This document shows, piece by piece, positions 36,168 through 44,707 of a stretch of DNA of 64,000 bases; within the stretch, counting starts at the first letter, position 1, and the number at the start of each line of letters is the position of its first letter. Made by a program: the position numbers and the translations under genes. Source of the stretch: Candidatus Latescibacterota bacterium (GTDB lineage Bacteria > Latescibacterota > UBA2968 > UBA8231). Below the pieces are notes generated by a model. The model was not told where the DNA came from. It worked only from the letters and a program-made list of their open reading frames with translations, and ran no database searches. The DNA lies in the NCBI GenBank assembly GCA_965217585.1, contig OZ244561.1:6432001-6496000 (forward strand). The letters run 5' to 3'.

Positions 36168-37295
36168 ATGGAATTCGACTTCCTCCAGCTCGCCCGTCCG
36201 CTCATCCGCGCCCCCACAGCCCCTTTCCACGAGCATTTTGCCTTCGGCATCGCGCGCTCATTCGCAGCCGCGCGGCCTCTAATCCAAATGCTCCACGACC
36301 GCTGTGGTAACAGCTTGCTGCTCTACGACGGCGGAGGCCAACAGGAGGAAGACGAATTTATCGTCTTGACCGCTCATCTCGACCACCCCGGCTTAGTGTG
36401 GAGAACCTCACAGAGGCCAGGCCGAGCGCTGTTCGAAATCCTCGGCGGCGTTGAGCTAGAGCAGGCTCTAGCGACGGGCGTGCGCATATTCAACCTGAAT
36501 CGCCCGGCTACCCAGCGCGGCACCTCCGGGACCATCGTCCGAACGGTGGAAGACGAAGGAGCGCGCTATCCCCTAGTTGAAGTGGCCGCAGCACGCGATA
36601 GCTTCCAAGGCCCGGGGACCTTTGCGATGTGGGATTTGCCGGCTTTTAGGGTGCGGGGTCGGCGCTTGAGCGGGCGGGCGATCGACGATTTGGCCGGTGC
36701 GGCCGTGGCTTTGTGCGTCTTGGATTCCTTGGTGCGCCAGCAAGCCTCGGCCCGCGTCGGCGTCTTGCTCACGCGTGCTGAAGAGGTAGGTTTCGTCGGC
36801 ATGCTCGCCGCGCTAGAGGCCAAGTTCTTGCCTCGACGCGCACTCTACATCAACATCGAGTGCTCTAGCGTGGCGGCTGGAGCGGTGCTGGGCGCGGGGC
36901 CGATCTTGCGAGTCGGCGATCGGCTCTGGGTGTTCGACCCGGACATCAGCAGCGGGATGGCTGCACTGGCTGACGAATTGGCCTCCCAACAGCCCTCTTT
37001 CCACTACCAACGCAAGCTGATGGATAGCGGTGCTTGCGAAGCCACCCCGCTGATGCAGGCCGATTATCGCACGGGCGCGGTTGCGCTGCCCCTCGGCAAC
37101 TATCACAACTCGGGCCCGGGCGCGCAATTGGCCCCCGAGTACATCGACCTCGACGACGCCAACAGCCTGGTGCGCCTCCTCGTCCACGTGGCCCAACGCG
37201 GCATTGGCACAGGGCTGGCGCATTCGGCCGCTGCGCTCGACTCGATGCTCGCCGGCCGCCTAGCGCAATACCGCGACCGCCTACTCCCCCTGTAG
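36168..37295 (+). CDS. M20/M28/M42 family metallopeptidase
   Basis: AHLDHPG, RAIDDLAG, RAEEVGFVG, IECS, GNYHN; metal ligands intact. Confidence 0.85.
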   Translation: MEFDFLQLARPLIRAPTAPFHEHFAFGIARSFAAARPLIQMLHDRCGNSLLLYDGGGQQEEDEFIVLTAHLDHPGLVWRTSQRPGRALFEILGGVELEQALATGVRIFNLNRPATQRGTSGTIVRTVEDEGARYPLVEVAAARDSFQGPGTFAMWDLPAFRVRGRRLSGRAIDDLAGAAVALCVLDSLVRQQASARVGVLLTRAEEVGFVGMLAALEAKFLPRRALYINIECSSVAAGAVLGAGPILRVGDRLWVFDPDISSGMAALADELASQQPSFHYQRKLMDSGACEATPLMQADYRTGAVALPLGNYHNSGPGAQLAPEYIDLDDANSLVRLLVHVAQRGIGTGLAHSAAALDSMLAGRLAQYRDRLLPL

Positions 37296-37317
37296 CAGCA
37301 GACACTCCGCCGCCTTC

Positions 37318-40300
37318 CTACTGACGTGAAGCGATAGAAGCAAGTCGCCAGAGCAGGACCGTGCCATCCCATGACCCGGATGCCAGCGTGGAGCCGTCCG
37401 GAGAAAATGACACGGAAGATATCCAAGCCGCATGTCCTTGCAGAGTGGCTAGTTGACTTTCACTCCATACATCCCAAAGGATCACATCGTTGACCCAGCC
37501 CCCTGACGCCAGCATGGAGCCGTCCGGAGAAAATGACATGAATTCAACCCTCTCCGTATGCCCTTGCAAGGTGGCCAACTGACTGCGACTCGACACATCC
37601 CAAAGGATCACGTTGCCGTCCCGTCCCCCGGATGCCAGCATGGAGCCGTCCGGAGAAAATGACACGGATTCGACCACAGACCTATGTCCTTGTAGGATGG
37701 CCAACTGACTACGACTCGATACGTCCCAAAGGACCACGTTGCCGTCCACTTTCCCCAACGCCAGTATAGAGTCGTCCGGAGAAAATGACACGGACCAGAC
37801 TCTATCTGTAGACCTTTGCAGGGTGGCTAGTTGACTACCACTCGATACATCCCAAAGGATCACATCGTCGTCCCGTCCCCCGGACACCAGCAGCGAGCCA
37901 TCCGGAGAAAATGACACCGGCCCTCTCCCTTGCAGGATGGCCAGTTGCCTGCGACTCGATACGTCCCGAAGAACTACGCCGCCCCCCCTTCCGGCTAACG
38001 CCAACACAGAGCCATCCGGAGAAAATGACACCAGACTGCCCCCGTTCAGGGTAGCCAGTTGCCTGCGACTCGATACGTCCCAAAGAACTACGTCAACCCC
38101 CCCTCCGGCTGCCAACACAGAGCCATCCGGAGAAAATGATACAGATTCGACCCTCTCCGTATGCCCTTGCAGAGTGGCTAGTTGAATGAGACTCGATACA
38201 TCCCAAAGGATCACATCGTCGTCCCGTCCCCCGGACACCAGCAGCGAGCCATCCGGAGAAAATGACACCGGCCCTCTCCCGTTCAGGGTAGCCAGCTGAC
38301 TGCGACTCGATACGTCCCAAAGAACTACGTCGGATCCCCCTCCGGACACCAGCACGGAGCCGTCCGGAGAAAACGATATGGATTCGATCCGCCATCTATG
38401 CCCTTGCAGAGTGGCTAGCTGACTTTCACTCCATACATCCCAAAGGATCACCGTGCCGTCCTCTGCCCCGGACGCCAGCACGGAGCCGTCCGGAGAAAAT
38501 GATATGGAAGAAACCATCTCTGTATGCCCTTGCAGAGTGGCTAGTTGACTATCGCTCCATACATCCCAAAGGATCACCGTGCCGTCCTCTGCCCCGGACG
38601 CCAGCACGGAGCCGTCCGGAGAAAACGATATGGAAGAAACCCAAACCGCATGTCCTTGCAGGGTGGCTAGTTGACTACCACTCGATACATCCCAAAGGAT
38701 TGCCTTATCCCATGACCCGGACGCCAGCACGGAGCCGTCCGGAGAAAACGATACGGAAGAAACCCCAACCGCATGTCCTTGCAGAGTGGCTAGTTGACTA
38801 CCACTCGATACATCCCAAAGGATTACCGTGCCGTCCTCTGCCCCGGACGCCAACATGGAGCCGTCCGGAGAAAACGATACGGAAGAAACCCCAACCGCAT
38901 GTCCGGAGAGAAGCGCCAGTTCACGGTAGGTCGCCACATCGTACAGCCAGATACCAATGCTGCTAGCCACCGCTAGCACCTGCCCATTGGGCGAGAACGC
39001 CACAGCCTCAACCCTTCCTTTTCCCAAGCGGGCGAGGGCCCCCTCCGGCAAATGCCTCGTTGTATAATCGGCGACATCCAAGCCATCTGTAGAAGAAATC
39101 TCGCCGCCTTCCTCCCGAAGCTCCATCGCGTAAATTTTGCCGTCGCGCCCAGAATCAAAAACGATGTGGCGGCCATCGGGCGACCAAGAGGGAGAAAAGT
39201 CCCATGCCGTGTGGTGGGTCAAGCGGGTCGGGTTGCTGCCATCAGAACCCATCACGTAAATCTCCCCATTGCCGTCGCGCTCGGATACAAAGGCGATGCG
39301 GCGGCCATCGGGCGACCAAGAGGGAGAAAAGTCCCATGCCGAATGGTCGGTCAAGCGGGTCGGATTGCTGCCATCAGAACCCATCACGTAAATATCGAAG
39401 TTATCGTCGCGCTCGGATACAAAGGCGATGCGGCGGCCATCGGGCGACCAAGAGGGAGAAAAGTCACCGGCCGGGTCGTCGGTCAAGCGGGTCGGGTTGC
39501 TACCATCGGAACCCATCACGTAAATCTCCCCATTGCCGTCGCGCTCGGATATGAAGGCGATGTGGCGGCCATCGGGCGACCAAGAGGGAGAAAAGTCGTC
39601 GGCCGGGTCGTCGGTCAAGCGGGTCGGGTTGCTGCCATCGGAACCCATCACGTAAATCTCCCCATTGCCGTCGCGCTCGGAATAAAAAACGATGTAGCGG
39701 CCATCGGGCGACCAAGAGGGAGAAAAGTCGTCGGCCGGGTCGTCGGTCAAGCGGGTCGGGTTGCTGCCATCGGAACCCATCACGTAAATATCGAAGTTAT
39801 CGTCGCGGCGGGACATGAAGGCGATGTGGCGACCATCGGGCGACCAAGAGGGAGAAAAGTCCCATGCCGAATGGTCGGTCAATCGGCGTAGGGCCCCGGC
39901 TACCAAGTTTCCGCCACCAACCGCCTGCCCAATCCCCATCGGCAGCGACGGATCGGACGGATTGGCACTATAGGCCGCAATCAGCAGCACGTCGGCGGTC
40001 GTAAGCTGGCCGTCGGCATTGACATCGCCGAGACTGATATCGCCGTTATTCGGCGGCGTTATAGACGGATCAATAATGTACAATGCCACCGCCAGCGCGT
40101 CGGCCAGATCAACTTGGCCGTCGGCATTGACATCGCCCAAAATGCCGCCGGTCAGCACCTTCGCCCGCAGCGCACTAGCCAGCGTTTCCACCACAATGTC
40201 TACCGGTGCCATCCCTACGCGAAAATCCGCATCCACGTAGGTCGCCAGTCCCGCACCCACAACGGCGAGACCATACTTCCGGTCCGCTGCTTCGGTTGAG

Positions 40301-40848
40301 AACGTCGCCGCTGGAGCCGCGCCGGCCACCACCCCGGCCTGTCCATCAATGAGCACCATCCGCCGCGTATGCCGCTCCCCACCCGCTGTCAGCCGGTACA
40401 TATACACCCCGGCGGCCACCGCCTGCCCGGCCGCATTTGTCGCGTCCCAAACCGCCGCGTGAAAACCCGCCGGCCGCTCCTCATCCACCAGCGTCGCAAC
40501 CCGCTGCCCCAGTACATTGAACACCTCCAGCCGCACCTGCGCGGCAGTCGGCAATTGATACGGAATAATCGTCGAAGGATTGAACGGATTCGGATAATTC
40601 TGCCCCAGCGCAAACCCCTGCGGCCGCGCAGGGCCACCCAACGGCGCCAGCGCGAAATAGCCCGCCGCATCGGTCGTCGCCCGCGCCACCGGCCCGCGCT
40701 GCAAATCCGTCAGATCGAACAACAGCACCTGCGCCGCTGCCGCCGCTTGGCCTGCAGAAAGACGCACCCGTCCCTCCACCAATGGCTCGGCGACAGCAGG
40801 GGCCGACAACGCCAGCCCGACCAAAACGGCGACTGATGTCTGCATCAT
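37318..40848 (-). CDS. Secreted multidomain protein: T9SS-CTD/FlgD-Ig, dockerin, 6 PD40 repeats, 14 WD40 repeats
   Basis: QNYPNPFNPST; two GDVNADG dockerin halves; SPSWSPDG x6; SFSPDG...LWDV x14. Confidence 0.9.
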   Translation of the reverse strand: MMQTSVAVLVGLALSAPAVAEPLVEGRVRLSAGQAAAAAQVLLFDLTDLQRGPVARATTDAAGYFALAPLGGPARPQGFALGQNYPNPFNPSTIIPYQLPTAAQVRLEVFNVLGQRVATLVDEERPAGFHAAVWDATNAAGQAVAAGVYMYRLTAGGERHTRRMVLIDGQAGVVAGAAPAATFSTEAADRKYGLAVVGAGLATYVDADFRVGMAPVDIVVETLASALRAKVLTGGILGDVNADGQVDLADALAVALYIIDPSITPPNNGDISLGDVNADGQLTTADVLLIAAYSANPSDPSLPMGIGQAVGGGNLVAGALRRLTDHSAWDFSPSWSPDGRHIAFMSRRDDNFDIYVMGSDGSNPTRLTDDPADDFSPSWSPDGRYIVFYSERDGNGEIYVMGSDGSNPTRLTDDPADDFSPSWSPDGRHIAFISERDGNGEIYVMGSDGSNPTRLTDDPAGDFSPSWSPDGRRIAFVSERDDNFDIYVMGSDGSNPTRLTDHSAWDFSPSWSPDGRRIAFVSERDGNGEIYVMGSDGSNPTRLTHHTAWDFSPSWSPDGRHIVFDSGRDGKIYAMELREEGGEISSTDGLDVADYTTRHLPEGALARLGKGRVEAVAFSPNGQVLAVASSIGIWLYDVATYRELALLSGHAVGVSSVSFSPDGSMLASGAEDGTVILWDVSSGSQLATLQGHAVGVSSVSFSPDGSVLASGSWDKAILWDVSSGSQLATLQGHAVWVSSISFSPDGSVLASGAEDGTVILWDVWSDSQLATLQGHTEMVSSISFSPDGSVLASGAEDGTVILWDVWSESQLATLQGHRWRIESISFSPDGSVLVSGGGSDVVLWDVSSRSQLATLNGRGPVSFSPDGSLLVSGGRDDDVILWDVSSLIQLATLQGHTERVESVSFSPDGSVLAAGGGVDVVLWDVSSRRQLATLNGGSLVSFSPDGSVLALAGRGGGVVLRDVSSRRQLAILQGRGPVSFSPDGSLLVSGGRDDDVILWDVSSGSQLATLQRSTDRVWSVSFSPDDSILALGKVDGNVVLWDVSSRSQLAILQGHRSVVESVSFSPDGSMLASGGRDGNVILWDVSSRSQLATLQGHTERVEFMSFSPDGSMLASGGWVNDVILWDVWSESQLATLQGHAAWISSVSFSPDGSTLASGSWDGTVLLWRLASIASRQ
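37345..39015 (-). repeat. WD40-coding tandem repeats (about 114-126 bp units)
   Basis: Recurrent tccggagaaaa and catcccaaaggat motifs, near-identical at the DNA level. Confidence 0.9.
39120..39890 (-). repeat. PD40-coding tandem repeats (132 bp x about 6)
   Basis: Recurrent ccatcgggcgaccaagagggagaaaagtc every 132 bp. Confidence 0.92.
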
Positions 40849-40864
40849 CTAAGCAACGCGATCA

Positions 40865-41641
40865 CTAGATGATGGTCCATCCCCCATCTACCACGAGCGT
40901 GTGACCGGTGATCATCGACGCGGCATCCGACGCCAAAAAGATCACCGGTGCCGACATTTCCTCCGGCTCGGCCAAGGCACCACGCAGCAAATTTTTGGTC
41001 TTCACCGCATCGGCGAAGGCCTGGCTTTCCCGCATCGCGGTTTCGGCCAGCGGCGAGCGAGTCACGGTCGGCGCGACTGCGTTGACCCGTATCTGGTACT
41101 CGGCCCATTCCGCGGCCATAGTTCGCGTCAGGTTGTTGACGCCTGCTTTGGCACCCGAGTACGGGCCACGCTCCGGCGCGCCGACCACGCCAGCTTGGGA
41201 CGAGATATTGACGATATTGCCCCCCTTCCCTTGGGCGATCATCTGCCGCGCGGCGACCTGGCTACAGAAAAACACATTCTTCAGATTGGCATCGACGATC
41301 AAATCGTAGAGTTCCTCGTCGTAGTCGAGGATTTTGCCGACCTTGTTGTAGCCGGCATTGTTGACCAGCACGTCAATCCGCCCGAAGTGGGCTACGACCG
41401 CGGCCATAAAATGCTCAATGGAGCTTACGTCCGTCACGTCGAGCCGGTGGTAAAAGCACGTCCCTCCCGCAGCCTCAATCTCTGCGGCCAGCGTTTCCAA
41501 CTCGGCCGTAGTGCGGCTGCCAACGGCAACGCGCGCGCCCGATTGGGCGCATTCTAAAGCAATCGTCCGGCCAATCCCCCGGCCGGCCCCCGTGACAATG
41601 ACGATTTTGCCCTCTAGACCAAAACGCCCTAGCGGTGGCAT
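40865..41641 (-). CDS. SDR family oxidoreductase
   Basis: TGAGRGIG, NNAG, YSGAK. Confidence 0.95.
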   Translation of the reverse strand: MPPLGRFGLEGKIVIVTGAGRGIGRTIALECAQSGARVAVGSRTTAELETLAAEIEAAGGTCFYHRLDVTDVSSIEHFMAAVVAHFGRIDVLVNNAGYNKVGKILDYDEELYDLIVDANLKNVFFCSQVAARQMIAQGKGGNIVNISSQAGVVGAPERGPYSGAKAGVNNLTRTMAAEWAEYQIRVNAVAPTVTRSPLAETAMRESQAFADAVKTKNLLRGALAEPEEMSAPVIFLASDAASMITGHTLVVDGGWTII

Positions 41642-41680
41642 TCTTTCTCCTTTAGAATTTGGGATTCCTCGTATAAACCG

Positions 41681-41706
41681 AGGGCAACCACAAGGGTTGC
41701 CCCTAC
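41681..41706 (-). repeat. GTAG-type REP element
   Basis: Minus strand GTAG-GGGCAACC-CTTGT-GGTTGCCC: GTAG tetramer followed by a palindrome. Confidence 0.7.
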
Positions 41707-41709
41707 TAT

Positions 41710-42891
41710 TTAATAACTGGCGTCGTCGGCCCGTTGTAGCGCGCCAGCCGGAAAGACCGATACTTTCGCGCTAGCCCCATGGTATTTTTCCAATTCGCTC
41801 AATACGGCCTCCCAAGTTTTGCAAAAAATAACCCCCTCGCCAAAGAGCGAGGCTGCATCCCACTTGTTGACCCCAGGCGAAAATAGAATGGTGCGCCGGG
41901 CGGGCGGCCCGGCCTTTCCCCGCAGCGCGGTACCCGGGCCCAACACCGAGTGCCAACCCAGCCCCTCCGGGCTAGCCGAGCACATGACGGTAGTCGCGTT
42001 TTCGTTGAAGGGGTTTTTCTTGGTGCCGCCCAACGGCGTCATGGCCAACCCAGCTTGGCACAGTTCCGTATCCTTGGGGAAGGCACTGAACACCCCAATG
42101 TCGAAGGCGTCGGGCACTTGGGTTGCGTACTGCTCGCGCCCCAATTCGCAGCCCCGCTCAAAGGCCGCGTCCGTGTCCCCAGCGACTAAGGCCGAGATCT
42201 CCAAGTTCTCGTTGAGCAGCGGGTTGACGATATAAGTGACCCCAGCCATCTTCGCGACCTCGGACAGGTGTTGGCGAAAATTTTCGTGTACGTGGCGGTG
42301 ATTGAGCATGATCGTCTGTTGCCCACAAGCACCGGGGATGAGCAATTTGGCCCCGCCGCCGAACATCCCCCCGCGCGGCGTGATCATCCCCAAGGCGATG
42401 CGGACCTCGCAAGAGGTCATATCACGGTTGACCCAAATCGGTACCCCCCGGCTGGAGTAGCCGAGAAATTCCAAGTTCTCGTAGGCATTGTGGTTGAGCA
42501 CCTGCATGGTATCGACGATGTCCAACCCGACCTTCTTGACCAAGTCGTCGCGGGTCATCGGGCGGTGGGCCGCCAGCGCGCAGATGATCTTTACGGCATC
42601 GGCCCCAATCCCGGCCGCAGCCAGTTCCTCGAGGACATAGGGCAAGAGCCGAAAAGCCGGCGTCGGGCGCGAGAGGTCGTCAACCAAGATGGCCGCCGAA
42701 GACCGGCCGCGGGCGAACTCGCGCAACGGCGGAGCGCCGATGGCCTCTTGCAGTGCCCGGCGAATCCCGGCGTCGCCGATGTCCGGCCCGCCACGCATGT
42801 GGTGCACCGCCACTTCCCAGTGATCGGGAAACTCCATCTTGAACGGAGCCTTGCCGTACCAAACGGCCCAAGGAACGAGTATTTCCTGCAT
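41710..42891 (-). CDS. LarA/DUF2088 nickel-pincer racemase/epimerase homolog
   Basis: DDLSRPTP, AAHRPMT, GGGAKLLIPG, TIMLNH. Confidence 0.85.
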   Translation of the reverse strand: MQEILVPWAVWYGKAPFKMEFPDHWEVAVHHMRGGPDIGDAGIRRALQEAIGAPPLREFARGRSSAAILVDDLSRPTPAFRLLPYVLEELAAAGIGADAVKIICALAAHRPMTRDDLVKKVGLDIVDTMQVLNHNAYENLEFLGYSSRGVPIWVNRDMTSCEVRIALGMITPRGGMFGGGAKLLIPGACGQQTIMLNHRHVHENFRQHLSEVAKMAGVTYIVNPLLNENLEISALVAGDTDAAFERGCELGREQYATQVPDAFDIGVFSAFPKDTELCQAGLAMTPLGGTKKNPFNENATTVMCSASPEGLGWHSVLGPGTALRGKAGPPARRTILFSPGVNKWDAASLFGEGVIFCKTWEAVLSELEKYHGASAKVSVFPAGALQRADDASY

Positions 42892-42901
42892 GATTTTCCT
42901 C

Positions 42902-43666
42902 CTAGTCCAAGCCCATAGCCCGCAGGTTGCGCAGGCTCAGACCCAAGCTGTCAAAAGGGTCGCCCGGGCAGGTGTCTTGCTCGATCAAGTACCATTCGAT
43001 CTGTGCTCTTTTACAGACCGCGAGAATAGGTTCCCATTCCAAGTTCCCCTCCCCTACTTCGGCGAAGCATTGCTTAGAGCCATCCATGCTCAAGTCTTTG
43101 AGATGGACGATGTGCATGCGGTCGCGGAACTTGTCCAACCACGAGACTGGGTTGCCACCGCCGTGTTGGATCCAATAGGTGTCTATTTCAAAGGAAAAGA
43201 CGGCTGGGTCGCTCTCCTCGCGGAGAATGTCCAGTCCTGTGCGCCCCTCGAAGCGCTCCAGTTCAAAGCTGTGGTTGTGGTAGCTAAAGGTCAGGCCCGC
43301 GTCAATGAGCGGACGCGCCGCCTCCGAAGCATCTGCTGCAAAGAGGGCAAAGCCCTCGCGGTGCCGGTATTCCTGGGGCAAGCCGCCAATGGCCACGTGG
43401 CGGCACCCCCACATCTGATGCTCCTCGACGACGGCTTGCGGCTCATCGCAGATGCGCTGGTAGCTGGTGTGCGTGGCAGCGATCTGTATTCCCTCGGCCT
43501 TGCTTATCCCGGCTAGTTCGGCCGGCGGGATCGCCCCTAGGGCCGAGGCTTGCACGGCCTCGTAGCCGAGTGCTCGCACCTTGGCGAAGGTCTGGCGAAT
43601 GTCATCCGGGGTTTTGGTATAATCGCGCACTGTAAACAACTGGGCGCCAATCGCTGAAGTAGGCAT
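42902..43666 (-). CDS. Sugar phosphate isomerase/epimerase (AP endonuclease 2 TIM barrel)
   Basis: QLFTVRD, YHNHSFE, EIDTYW, HLKD, EQD. Confidence 0.92.
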   Translation of the reverse strand: MPTSAIGAQLFTVRDYTKTPDDIRQTFAKVRALGYEAVQASALGAIPPAELAGISKAEGIQIAATHTSYQRICDEPQAVVEEHQMWGCRHVAIGGLPQEYRHREGFALFAADASEAARPLIDAGLTFSYHNHSFELERFEGRTGLDILREESDPAVFSFEIDTYWIQHGGGNPVSWLDKFRDRMHIVHLKDLSMDGSKQCFAEVGEGNLEWEPILAVCKRAQIEWYLIEQDTCPGDPFDSLGLSLRNLRAMGLD

Positions 43667-43693
43667 TTCGTCTCCTGTGTCTTGTGAACTCCG

Positions 43694-43747
43694 CGCAATA
43701 TAGCCGCCGTCCTTCCTAGCGTCAATTCAGCGGCAGCTAAAGTCTAT
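43694..43747 (-). promoter_or_regulatory. Direct repeat copy 1 containing a sigma70 promoter
   Basis: TTGACG-N17-TATATT on the minus strand; 49/54 identical to 47176-47229. Confidence 0.75.
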
Positions 43748-43820
43748 TAGTCGTTTGCCAGCAGATGCAGAGACCAACCGCTGGCGTACGATCCCACTCG
43801 CATCGGCTCCGCCCTCGCGC

Positions 43821-44705
43821 TCATTCAAGCACCAGTTCAAAGGTCTGCGAACTATACCCAGCGAAAATCCCGTACCCGTTTTCCACGTTGCTGTACACGC
43901 TTACCGGCTCGGCAAACGGATTGCTCTGAGTGGATTCATGGAGCCTAGCGCTCTTGAGATACTCGTAGTACGTCTCGCTCACGTGTAAAACTTGGATGTA
44001 AAAACTCGTCTGCTCGGGTGCATTGTAGTTGCTGGACAGTTCGATCTCATGGGTTTGACCATCGAACAGGGTGTCTTTGAAAAAGGGTGCGGTCCCGGAG
44101 AAACCTTCGTTAAACGGTTCATCAGCGGCGTTGTCCGCAATGATGGATGGGTCTTGTGTTGAGAACGATCCTTCGTACCTCTCAGAACGAAAAAAAGCGA
44201 ACGCGCGGATCTGGTAGTAGTTCGTCTCGCCGGGTGGATCCTGAATTTCGAGTTTGATCGATAAATCGCCTTTGATCGCGGATTCAGAGCGGGTGGATGT
44301 ATTGGTGAGATGCGACGCAATTGCTGTCGGCACGGGTCTGGGAATCGCGTCGGTGGCCTGGATCGTTGCAAAGCCGGGGGCCGATACCCGCAAAGAGTAG
44401 GATTCCCCCGCTTGCAGGGTGTTTTTTTCGAGCGCATACACCCTGTCCCTCCAGAGAAACTCCAGCCGGTCGATAACCCGGTCTCCCGCCAGCAGCTCCA
44501 CCGTGGCATCGGCGACCGGCCCACGTTCCGGCAGGGACTCCAGAATCCCAGCGGAGCGGCCGACAAAGGCGGCCCAAGTGCTGTCGGGAGTAAAGAAGGC
44601 TTGGAGCACGAGGCGGGGGGTATGCTCGGGCAGGTCCGGCTCGATGATCTGTTCGCAAGCGGATAATGCGCAGAGGATCGACATACAGCCAAGTGCGCTT
44701 TTCAT
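43821..44705 (-). CDS. DUF4249 family lipoprotein
   Basis: Lipobox LSACE; DPPGETNYY; SNVENGYGIFAG; follows a TonB receptor. Confidence 0.88.
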   Translation of the reverse strand: MKSALGCMSILCALSACEQIIEPDLPEHTPRLVLQAFFTPDSTWAAFVGRSAGILESLPERGPVADATVELLAGDRVIDRLEFLWRDRVYALEKNTLQAGESYSLRVSAPGFATIQATDAIPRPVPTAIASHLTNTSTRSESAIKGDLSIKLEIQDPPGETNYYQIRAFAFFRSERYEGSFSTQDPSIIADNAADEPFNEGFSGTAPFFKDTLFDGQTHEIELSSNYNAPEQTSFYIQVLHVSETYYEYLKSARLHESTQSNPFAEPVSVYSNVENGYGIFAGYSSQTFELVLE

Positions 44706-44707
44706 GG

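Noticed and set aside
37345-39890. Regular DNA repeats resembling a CRISPR array
   Set aside because: Units are in-frame multiples of 3 encoding WD40/PD40 repeats; there are no unique spacers and no cas genes
39052-39891. Repetitive 279-aa plus-strand ORF
   Set aside because: Antisense reading of the PD40 repeats
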